A stretch of 64,000 nt of DNA from a virus (Duplodnaviria; Caudoviricetes). Made by a program: the position numbers and the translations under genes. The stretch lies in IMG/VR virus record IMGVR_UViG_3300043171_000012, positions 5,419 through 69,418 of that record. One strand, given 5' to 3'. Below, one piece after another: positions 8,822 through 17,500 of this stretch; position 1 is the stretch's first letter, and every line of letters begins with the position of its first letter. The notes under the pieces were generated by a model. The model saw only the letters and a list, made by a program, of their open reading frames with translations, did not search any database and was not told where the DNA came from.

Positions 8822-8952
8822 CTAGGCAGAAATATGCTGAACGAAAAATAGATACGTGGTGGAAATGGAGTTTTGAAAATAGAAATAAAATAATCTACAA
8901 AGAGCTTGTAGAGATACAAAATAAATATGGAATAAAAGTATATGGCAAATAA
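8776..8952 (+). CDS. Hypothetical protein (58 aa, MRRDSKVNPFEAKR...)
   Basis: Translated by hand; fills the gap after the resolvase. Confidence 0.5.
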   Translation: MRRDSKVNPFEAKRIARQKYAERKIDTWWKWSFENRNKIIYKELVEIQNKYGIKVYGK

Positions 8953-9088
8953 GATTAAAGACTGGAGTTTATCTTTAGGGTTTTACCCGGGGATATTAAT
9001 AGGAATTAGAACATACGAAGAATTAGAGCAAACAACATATGTTTTGTATTTACCACTTGTTGATATAGCTTTAGAAGTATATAGATAA
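8942..9088 (+). CDS. Hypothetical protein (48 aa, MANKIKDWSLSLGFYPG...)
   Basis: Translated by hand; stop overlaps the nrdB start (TAATG). Confidence 0.6.
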   Translation: MANKIKDWSLSLGFYPGILIGIRTYEELEQTTYVLYLPLVDIALEVYR

Positions 9089-10056
9089 TGGGATTGTTTG
9101 ATGAGCGCGTAGCGTACAAACCTTTTGAATACCCTGAGTATTATACTGAGGGTTGGTTAAAACAAGCTCAGGCATTTTGGTTGCACACTGAAATATCTAT
9201 GAGTGGAGACATTAAAGATTGGAACGAAAAACTAAATGAATCAGAAAAAAACCTAGTAGGAAATATCCTGCTAGGCTTTGCTCAAACTGAATGTGCAGTA
9301 TCTGATTACTGGACACAAAAGGTAGTTGGTTGGTTCCCTAAACATGAAATACAACAAATGGCTATGATGTTTGGATCACAAGAAACAGTTCACGCTGTGG
9401 CTTATAGCTATTTAAATGAAACATTAAAATTAGAAGATTATGAAGCTTTTTTACATGAACCCGCTACTGCTGAGCGGTTTGATAATTTGGTCGCTTACGG
9501 CGGTAAGTCTCCTATTGGTATTGCAAAATCGTTGGCAATATTTAGCGCGTTCGCAGAAGGTGTTAGCCTATATTCTGCTTTCGCTGTACTTTATTCTTTT
9601 CAGTTACGCAATTTACTCAAAGGTATAGGTCAACAAATGAAATGGTCTGTAAGAGACGAAAGCTTACACAGTAAGATGGGTTGTCAATTATTTAGACATA
9701 TGTGTGAAGAGTATAGTGACTTACTTAGTTTATGTAGAGAAGACGTAATAAAGGCTGCTGAAACAATGGTGGATTTAGAAGAAAAATATATAGACAAAAT
9801 GTTTGAAATGGGTGATTTAGAAAACTTAAAATCAGAAGATCTAAAACACTTTATAAAAAAGAGAACAAATGAAAAACTTGTTGAACTTGGCTATGTCGAC
9901 TTGGGTAGCTATTTTGCGTATGACGACAAGGCAGCGTCTAATCTTGATTGGTTTTATCATCTTACCGGGGGCGTCACTCATACTGATTTTTTCGCTATTA
10001 GGCCAACTGATTATTCAAAAGCTGGAGAAAATGAGGACTATGAAGATATTTGGTAG
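9088..10056 (+). CDS. nrdB: Ribonucleotide reductase class I beta subunit
   Basis: KPFEYP N-terminus; metal-ligand motifs QTE, ETVH, AEG, DESLH; DFF...Y C-terminus. Confidence 0.93.
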   Translation: MGLFDERVAYKPFEYPEYYTEGWLKQAQAFWLHTEISMSGDIKDWNEKLNESEKNLVGNILLGFAQTECAVSDYWTQKVVGWFPKHEIQQMAMMFGSQETVHAVAYSYLNETLKLEDYEAFLHEPATAERFDNLVAYGGKSPIGIAKSLAIFSAFAEGVSLYSAFAVLYSFQLRNLLKGIGQQMKWSVRDESLHSKMGCQLFRHMCEEYSDLLSLCREDVIKAAETMVDLEEKYIDKMFEMGDLENLKSEDLKHFIKKRTNEKLVELGYVDLGSYFAYDDKAASNLDWFYHLTGGVTHTDFFAIRPTDYSKAGENEDYEDIW

Positions 10057-10614
10057 ATGATTTATATACAAGATAATTTTTTACCAAAAAATCTATATAA
10101 AGCTTTATTGAATTATGTTGATGATTTTGAGGAAATAAAGTATCCAGATAAATCTTTTTGGACTAAAGATCTACCTAATGAATTTAATAATTTCATAGTA
10201 GGTAAACTAGAAAAAATAGAAGGTAGAAAAATAAAGAATATATTATCTTTTGCTAGAGAGGCTAATTTAGGTCAAGATAATGATTGGCGCATACATAATG
10301 ATACTATAATAAATGGTGATCAACCAGATAGAGCTATAGTATTATATGTTAAAGCTAATGAAGATAAATTATATGGTACAGCTTTTTGGGAACATGAAAA
10401 TTACGGTCACACATATATTAAATCTAACAACGATGAGTTTGATAGAATGCTCAGAGAGGATTCAAACGATAAAACTAAATGGAGGTTAAACAGTGTTGTT
10501 GGTTACAAGGATAATAGACTATTGTCTTATCCGTGTGAGTATTTCCATAGCAAATACCCAGATGAATATAACAATCAAAGAATAGTAATTGTAATGTTTT
10601 ATAAATACATATGA
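10057..10614 (+). CDS. 2OG-Fe(II) oxygenase superfamily protein
   Basis: IQDNFLP start, HxD (IHND), GTAFW, NRL...YFHS, R-x-V strand. Confidence 0.7.
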   Translation: MIYIQDNFLPKNLYKALLNYVDDFEEIKYPDKSFWTKDLPNEFNNFIVGKLEKIEGRKIKNILSFAREANLGQDNDWRIHNDTIINGDQPDRAIVLYVKANEDKLYGTAFWEHENYGHTYIKSNNDEFDRMLREDSNDKTKWRLNSVVGYKDNRLLSYPCEYFHSKYPDEYNNQRIVIVMFYKYI

Positions 10615-10841
10615 AAGAAAATAAATTAATAGAAATGAAAAATAAAGTTGAGGCACTTACAAGGGTGTCTCAACATATGATTAATGAGCTAGCACAAATA
10701 AAAGATCTAGCTATAGGAACTTTAGAAACAATTAAAAACATGCCAGATTATGATGAAGCGATTAAAAAACTTAAAGCCGATGTTATTGAAAAGTCTAGTA
10801 AGGCAGAAAAGGCTGAGCCCTTGGAAGCGACTAGCGACTAG
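10611..10841 (+). CDS. Hypothetical coiled-coil protein
   Basis: ATGA overlap with the upstream gene. Confidence 0.6.
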   Translation: MKENKLIEMKNKVEALTRVSQHMINELAQIKDLAIGTLETIKNMPDYDEAIKKLKADVIEKSSKAEKAEPLEATSD

Positions 10842-11016
10842 AGCAGGATATATGGGTGCTGGTTTTTTAATAGCAGCACAATGGACATTGGAACCTAAGC
10901 TTTACATATTAGGTTTTATATGTGTAATGATTCAAACAGCATCAAGAAAGCAATGGAATTTAGTTGCTTTAAATTTTAATGGGCTAATAGCCTGGGTAAA
11001 ACATTTTATAGGATAA
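10780..11016 (+). CDS. Small membrane protein
   Basis: Basic N-terminus and about three hydrophobic segments; ends 1 nt before nrdA. Confidence 0.55.
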   Translation: MLLKSLVRQKRLSPWKRLATRAGYMGAGFLIAAQWTLEPKLYILGFICVMIQTASRKQWNLVALNFNGLIAWVKHFIG

Positions 11017-11017
11017 T

Positions 11018-12715
11018 ATGTGGAATAATGAATGGAAAAAAGGAGAAGATTACCCTACGTGGGGTAATACGGACGTATACAAGAAGACTATATCCGGGGG
11101 ATATTTATTTGACGGAGAAACACCTAGAGAAGCATACGTACGAGTCGCTAAAACAGTTGCTCGTAGATTATATAAGCCTGAAATGGCTGAAACGTTTTTT
11201 GATTATATTTGGAATGGCTGGCTTTGCCTTGCTAGCCCTGTATTGTCTAATACCGGGACTGATCGTGGCTTACCTATTAGTTGTTTTGGTATTGATGTAG
11301 CTGATAGTATACAGGATATAGGACAAAAGAATTTAGAGATGATGCTACTCGCTAAGCATGGTGGTGGAGTTGGTATCGGAGTTAATATGATTAGACCCGC
11401 CGGCACTAAAATAACAGGTAATGGAACATCAGATGGAGTCGTACCTTTTTGCAAGATATATGACTCAACAATTCTTGCAACTAATCAAGGAAGTGTCCGT
11501 CGTGGAGCTGCCTCAGTTAATATCAACATTGAACATGATGACTTCGAGGATTGGCTTGAAATCAGGGAACCTAAAGGAGATGTCAACAGACAATCGCTTA
11601 ACTTACATCAGTGCGCAATTGTTGGTGATAAATTTATGCGCAAGCTTGAACAAGGAGATAAGGAAGCTAGAGCTAGATGGGGTAAATTACTTAGAAAACG
11701 AAAAGCAACTGGAGAGCCGTATATCATGTTTAAAGGAAATGTTAACAAAGCAAATCCAGCAGCATATAAAGAAAACGGTTTAAAAGTACATATGACAAAC
11801 ATATGTTCAGAGATAACATTACACACAGATGAAAACCATAGTTTTGTATGTTGTTTATCATCTTTAAATTTAGCTAAATATGATGAGTGGAAAGATACAA
11901 ACCTTATTTATGACAGTATATACTTCCTTGATGGAGTCATGGAGGAGTTTATACAAAGAGCTAAAGGATTACGAGGCTTCGAGAATTCAGTACGCTCGGC
12001 TCAAAAAGGAAGAGCGTTGGGCTTGGGAGTATTGGGATGGCACACTTATCTACAAGAGAAAGGATTACCTTTCGAAGGGTTACTTTCTCAGTTTGAAACT
12101 AGGAAGATTTTTAGTCAGATCAAAATTGAAAGCGAAAGGGCTTCTAGAGATCTTGCTGAAATATATGGAGAACCTTTATGGTGTGTTGGTACCGGTATGC
12201 GTAATACTCATCTCCGTGCTATTGCTCCTACTGTTTCTAATAGTAAGCTTAGTGGAAATGTTTCTCCGGGTATTGAACCGTGGGCTGCAAATGTTTTTAC
12301 AGAGCAGAGTGCGAAGGGGACTTTCATTAGGAAAAACCCGACATTAGAGAAAAGATTAAAAAAACTTAAAATAAATAGTAAAGAAATATGGGACAAAATT
12401 TTAGCGGACGGTGGTTCGGTTCAAGACATAGAAGGTTTAGACGACTCTACGAAAGAAGTGTTTAAAACTTTTAAAGAAATAAATCAATTAGAATTAATAA
12501 GGCAAGCTGGATTAAGGCAGCAATATATAGATCAATCAGTTAGTTTAAATTTAGCTTTTCCTAGTTCAGCAACACCTAAGTGGATTAATAAGGTTCACTT
12601 TGATGCATGGAAAAAAGGCGTTAAGACTTTATACTATACAAGAACAGAATCTGTTTTACGTGGAGATATAGCTCAACAAGCAATGAGTGAAGATTGTTTA
12701 GCTTGTGATGGCTAA
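11018..12715 (+). CDS. nrdA: Ribonucleotide reductase class I alpha subunit (short, no ATP cone)
   Basis: ISCF, TNICSE, CCLSS, APTVS, KTLYY, C-terminal CLAC. Confidence 0.94.
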   Translation: MWNNEWKKGEDYPTWGNTDVYKKTISGGYLFDGETPREAYVRVAKTVARRLYKPEMAETFFDYIWNGWLCLASPVLSNTGTDRGLPISCFGIDVADSIQDIGQKNLEMMLLAKHGGGVGIGVNMIRPAGTKITGNGTSDGVVPFCKIYDSTILATNQGSVRRGAASVNINIEHDDFEDWLEIREPKGDVNRQSLNLHQCAIVGDKFMRKLEQGDKEARARWGKLLRKRKATGEPYIMFKGNVNKANPAAYKENGLKVHMTNICSEITLHTDENHSFVCCLSSLNLAKYDEWKDTNLIYDSIYFLDGVMEEFIQRAKGLRGFENSVRSAQKGRALGLGVLGWHTYLQEKGLPFEGLLSQFETRKIFSQIKIESERASRDLAEIYGEPLWCVGTGMRNTHLRAIAPTVSNSKLSGNVSPGIEPWAANVFTEQSAKGTFIRKNPTLEKRLKKLKINSKEIWDKILADGGSVQDIEGLDDSTKEVFKTFKEINQLELIRQAGLRQQYIDQSVSLNLAFPSSATPKWINKVHFDAWKKGVKTLYYTRTESVLRGDIAQQAMSEDCLACDG

Positions 12716-12788
12716 AGGCTAAAAGTTATGACTTTTTTATACATATAAAAACTAATATGTATAAATAATTAAATAATGTATACATATC

Positions 12789-12821
12789 AAAAAAGGGCTC
12801 TCGTAATGAGGGCCCTTTCTT
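12789..12821. terminator. Bidirectional intrinsic terminator
   Basis: AAAAAAGGGCTCTC-GTAAT-GAGGGCCCTTTCTT between convergent gene blocks. Confidence 0.85.
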
Positions 12822-12856
12822 GGTTACAGGAACTTTTGGGTATGGTACGCCCAGTT

Positions 12857-12973
12857 TTATTTTCGTCCCTTTCTTTTCTTGGAAGCCTTAGGCTTTTCCA
12901 TATAGTTCTTAAACATAAGTTTATATAATAACTTATTCCACGATGATTGTAATTTGTCTATTATTTTTTTCAT
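12857..12973 (-). CDS. Small basic protein (38 aa, MKKIIDKLQSSWNKLLYKLMFK...)
   Basis: Translated by hand; last ORF of the late block. Confidence 0.5.
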   Translation of the reverse strand: MKKIIDKLQSSWNKLLYKLMFKNYMEKPKASKKRKGRK

Positions 12974-12978
12974 AATTT

Positions 12979-13254
12979 TTAACATTTCCATCTACGTCTA
13001 GCGGCTTTACCTCTTTCACCGGTCCAACCTTTAGATCTAGCACAAAACGATTTTCTTCTTTTAGCGGCTTTACTGCCTGGTTTAACTTCGCCTGTTACAG
13101 CTGTTTTTAATTTACTTCCTGGGTTTTCTTTTCTATATTTTTTAACACCAGCAGATGTCATACCTGCGCCTTCTTTAGTAGAACGAAAGTTACGACCCTT
13201 ACCTTTAGTGGTTTTTCTAACCCTAGAAAATGGAGAGTTTTCTTGTGTATACAT
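12979..13254 (-). CDS. Small basic virion-associated protein (putative)
   Basis: Probable start MYTQENSPF; GAGMT...NPGSKLKTAVTG...RRKSFCARS...RRRWKC domain recognised from phage head-associated proteins. Confidence 0.6.
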   Translation of the reverse strand: MYTQENSPFSRVRKTTKGKGRNFRSTKEGAGMTSAGVKKYRKENPGSKLKTAVTGEVKPGSKAAKRRKSFCARSKGWTGERGKAARRRWKC

Positions 13255-13439
13255 TATTTTTTCTTTTTCTTTGGAACACAATTAGGTACAGTTTTTCCAC
13301 CTTTCTTTTTCATACCTATTGCCTCATAACCTTTCCAACAAGGGTTTTTCTTTTTTGATTTTTTTCTAGACAATCCTTCTTCTTGTTTTTTACCTTGTGT
13401 TTCTGATATTATTTTTTTAAATCCACCCTTCTTTAACAT
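13254..13439 (-). CDS. Small basic protein with a CWKGY...VPNCVP module
   Basis: Module recognised from T4-like cyanophage small proteins. Confidence 0.55.
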   Translation of the reverse strand: MLKKGGFKKIISETQGKKQEEGLSRKKSKKKNPCWKGYEAIGMKKKGGKTVPNCVPKKKKK

Positions 13440-13450
13440 TACTTAAGTTT

Positions 13451-13789
13451 TTAATTGTTTGTTTTTTTCCTTACTATTTTATTAGATCTTTCTATTGCAG
13501 CTTTAATCTGTTCTTCTGTTATAATAAGTTTAAAACTTATATCAGCGGTCCACTGCATTATTGCACTATTATCTCTATATAATATAACTAAAGGAACAGA
13601 TTTTACCTTCTTTTTAAAGTCATCAGACTGTTTTTCTAAGTATGCTACTTGGTGTTTCACACCTTTAACTTTATCTATTTTAGCTGAATTTCTCCAATTC
13701 CACTCTGAGTTTATTTCTAACAACGTGTACTCTTGAGAGAAGCATACGGTTGTTATAAGTATTGTTATTAAAGTTAAGATGTTTTTCAT
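13451..13789 (-). CDS. Exported protein, thioredoxin-like fold without CxxC (lysis cluster)
   Basis: Signal peptide MKNILTLITILITTVCFSQ; EINSEW and SVPLVIL resemble the Trx fold. Confidence 0.5.
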   Translation of the reverse strand: MKNILTLITILITTVCFSQEYTLLEINSEWNWRNSAKIDKVKGVKHQVAYLEKQSDDFKKKVKSVPLVILYRDNSAIMQWTADISFKLIITEEQIKAAIERSNKIVRKKTNN

Positions 13790-13792
13790 GAT

Positions 13793-14077
13793 TTACTTTT
13801 TTTCTATTATTTCGTATAATTTTTCATCTATTTTATCTAGTTTATCACTATTTTCTTCCACCTTAGATTGTGTGTTCATTATAGTTTCCCTAATCAATTG
13901 ATCTTTTAAATCATACTCGGTTCTAGTTACTGGTGGTTCAGGTAGCTCTTTAGCTAACTGAATATCCGCTTGTATAGCAAACCACATACCTGCCGCTGTT
14001 ATGACAAAGCTTACTATAATTATTAATGTCTTTAAATCTAAAGTTAACTCAGTGTTTTCTGAAATCTTGTTAGCCAT
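13793..14077 (-). CDS. Single-TM coiled-coil protein (holin or spanin candidate)
   Basis: One N-terminal TM segment, then coiled coil; next to the endolysin. Confidence 0.5.
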   Translation of the reverse strand: MANKISENTELTLDLKTLIIIVSFVITAAGMWFAIQADIQLAKELPEPPVTRTEYDLKDQLIRETIMNTQSKVEENSDKLDKIDEKLYEIIEKK

Positions 14078-14103
14078 ATTTATTTTTTATAAGGTGTTGG
14101 TGT

Positions 14104-14562
14104 TTAAATAATTTTGTATTTTGTTTTTTTGTTTTCTTTGTAAGCTTTTAAACATCTATTTCTGTTATCCTTATTGTTAACATAAGATACATGTATCCAA
14201 TCTGGGTTTGAATCCGTACCAAACTCCCATATTAGTTGATCAAAATTTAAATTGTTTTTTATCCAGTTATACATTTCTGCATTAGTTTTATAACCGTATG
14301 TATCATCAAGATCCATTGCTTGACCTTTTACGTGTTGCGAGGTTGACGAACCTCCTATGGCTTTGTTTAATTTTTCTGATCTAAACATGCTTGAAATTTT
14401 TATTGGACCACCTACAAAATCTCTTAATGGTTCAAATACATTTAAAGCAATTGTTTTCATCGCGTCTATTTGTTCTGTGTTAGGTTTATTATCTATCTGT
14501 CTACGTTTGGCTGTATTAGAATACACAGCCTCAGCATAAGATACGTGTTTACTTATTTTCAT
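14104..14562 (-). CDS. Peptidase M15-family endolysin
   Basis: SSMFRS...LNKAIGG, SQHVKGQAMD and WIHVSY zinc motifs. Confidence 0.88.
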   Translation of the reverse strand: MKISKHVSYAEAVYSNTAKRRQIDNKPNTEQIDAMKTIALNVFEPLRDFVGGPIKISSMFRSEKLNKAIGGSSTSQHVKGQAMDLDDTYGYKTNAEMYNWIKNNLNFDQLIWEFGTDSNPDWIHVSYVNNKDNRNRCLKAYKENKKTKYKII

Positions 14563-17500
14563 ATTCCGTGTTTTTCCACTAGTTTTTCTAATTTAAACTT
14601 AGGTGTCATAACACCTGTACTTCTTTCTATTTTTCTTAAACTATCTTCAACTTTTATAGGTATAGTTTTAAAAGCTTCTTGTCTGTATTTATAATAATCA
14701 GCTTTTTCTATTTTCTTTTTTTGCCTAGTTATTTTAGCCTTTTCTTTGCCAGCTTCTTTTCTAGATGCTTTAGCTTTTGTTTTTATAAAATCATGTTCTT
14801 CAATTTGAACTCCAGCATCCCAAGACCTCCAACCTAAAGCAAGAGCTATTCTTTGCCACTGTGTATTTCTAGTATCTAAAGCTTCTGTTATAGAATTAAT
14901 TTCATCAACAGCTCTATCTAAAGGTAGGTTTAGTGTTGCAGCGGATAAAGAACCTATCATATTATATGTAGGACTTAATTGAAACTTACCATCTATCATG
15001 ACATCAAAACCTCTTTCATTCATCACATCTTTTTCATATTGTAATGTTTGTAGTGCAGCGTTTATTTTTCTAGCTTTAGAACCTATAGGTGGTGATATCT
15101 GAAGTGCCGCAAGTATTACATCTCCTTTTTCTCTTGCGAAAACTGGCTTCTCTTGATATTCTATAAATTCTCTAATTGTATTTTTCAAAGTAACACCAAC
15201 AGCTCCAGCTAGACCTGATCCACGAACAATAGAATCAATCATACCATTAACTATTCTACTTATTTTATTTTCTTCAGCTTTTATTTTATTTTCGTCGTAC
15301 TTATCTTTTTCTTTGTCAGTAGCAAAATCTTCATCTTCATCATCAAATCCTGGTACTAAAGCAAACAACGCATTTTGTAAAGCATTAAAGATAAAATTCT
15401 GTATTGCGCCGTAGTATAATATTTTAGATATATTTTGTCTTTTACTTCCTCTATTATTTATAAGATCTTGCCCCGCTTTTTTAATAAGCCTAGTATACTG
15501 CATAGGTGTATTTTGAAAAGCTAAAACCAATCTACCTAAAACACTAGACTGTTGACCTGATATAAGCATTGGATCTGCTGACTGTTGTGTTTCGTCTGAT
15601 ATAGCACTAAAATCATCAAAAGCTTTTTGTTCTGCTTCAGCTAATTCATATCCAGCTTTTTTATATGTCTTTATTCTATTTCTATAAAATGTAGCCCCAC
15701 CTGTTGCTATAGCTATACTATCCGCAATCTGTGTAGGGGTAAATCCAATTTTTAATAAATAAGAAATCACACCTGTCATACCACCTTTTTTAGATGCTTG
15801 AGCTATTTCAGCTTCTTGTATATCACCTTCTAACCCGGATCTTCTTTGTTTTAATTTGTCTGAATTAAATAGCTTTATAACATCTTTCCAGTACTGTGGT
15901 TGGTTTGCTAAAGCTAAAGCAGCTTGCGCTGGGTTATTATCTGACCAGTTTATAAAGTTAGCAGAAGACATTAACTGTAATAAAGCAGATCTTCTGTTAA
16001 AGAACATTATAGCACCAACAGAGTTATTAACCCAATTGTTCCACTTCTCAACTAGTCTACCACCACCACTAGTTTTATTATTACCGCTCTTCATTCTACG
16101 TATAGAATCCTCTAAAGCTTCTCTTATTCTAAACCCATAAACAGCCTGTACTTTATTTAAGTTTTCTGGCGAAAATATTATATCTACATTTTCTATAAAT
16201 TCAGATAAATATTCTTTTCTATTTATATCTCTACCAACTCTACTTAAATCACCTATTATAGTGCTTGCATCCCAGAAATCATTTGGTTCAATAAAACTAT
16301 CTAATCTAGTTATCAATTCAACACCGTCTGCAAATTGAGTTAAGTCATTGTTTTCACTAACTAGCTTTACTACTTTGGCTTGATCTGTTTTTGATAAACC
16401 AGGTATTGTATAACCTGCTCTATCCCATAAGAATATTCTTATTGCTTCATCAGTAGTATATTTAGTTCCCTCAAATTTTTTTCTTAATTTCTTTTTTATT
16501 TTTGGGTACTTTTTTATTAAAGCTCTGTAGTCATTTGTTATTTTTTGTTTTGCTTGCTCTACAGCTCCAACACCTCTTAAGTAAGGCTTAATAAGTGCTT
16601 TGTCAAAAAATTCTTGATCTGCTTCACCTTGTTTACCTTTACCAGCAAATGTGTACATTGTCAAGCCTCTAAAGTCATCAGCTGATGGCGGTATGAAGAA
16701 AGAAAATCTTTTTTGTTTCACACCTCTTCTTCTAGCTAACGCATCTGAAAAAGTAGCTTTAGCTTTTACACCTTTATTTCTTTCTATCATAGCGTTGAAG
16801 TCATCGCTAAGTTTTTCGCTAAACTTTATTCTAGCTTGTTGAACTTTAGATTTAACATCTAAAACGCTTAACACATTTTTAACGGCTTTAACATTACCTA
16901 GATGATCGTCTGTAAAATAAAAATCATTATAGCCTTCAGCAAATTTACCTAGCATCCAATCTGCTTTTGCTTGAGGTCTACCATCTGCTAATCCAGTTAT
17001 ATTTTTTAAAGGTATATTTAAACCTAAACTTCCTAAAAATTCTTTAATAGGACCAGCTGCGTCCTGCGGTCTAGCTGTTAGTACAAATATATCTTCAGAA
17101 CCTCTAACATCTTGTATTTTTTTCGCAACATCAAATAGTGGTCCTTTCTTGCCATTCATTACTTTGCTAAACTCAGAAAAATCCCATACAGCTCCTTCCG
17201 CTTCCATTCTACCAGCATCTTTAGCAAACGTACCAGCGTCTATTTTACCAGTAGTTCCATCAGGCATAGTGTATAAAACGTTACTCTTAGTTTGAGCCAG
17301 TGTATCATCAAAATCAAATACTCTAGCTTTTTTAATTTTCTCAGAGTACTTAGGGCTTCTAGCGTTCTTCATAGCTTTGTCAGCTATGTTATCTTTTTTA
17401 ACTTGTGATTTAGCTTCTGGTTTAAACGTACCTCTAATGTAAGGGCTACCATCTGCGTTTATACTATATTTATCTTGAAAATTAGTTCCATCAATACTTA

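Noticed and set aside
4739-12396. Alternative-frame ORFs within primase, nrdB and nrdA (4739, 5519, 9440, 11028, 11421, 11880)
   Set aside because: No recognisable motifs, and they lack the sharp compositional anomaly seen in terL.
17301-17315. DFDD in the giant protein as a crAss-like virion RNA polymerase active site
   Set aside because: The motif is DxDxT followed by TAR and DD motifs in a compact domain, which is HAD. It is not the DxDxD polymerase loop, and no other RNAP motifs were seen.
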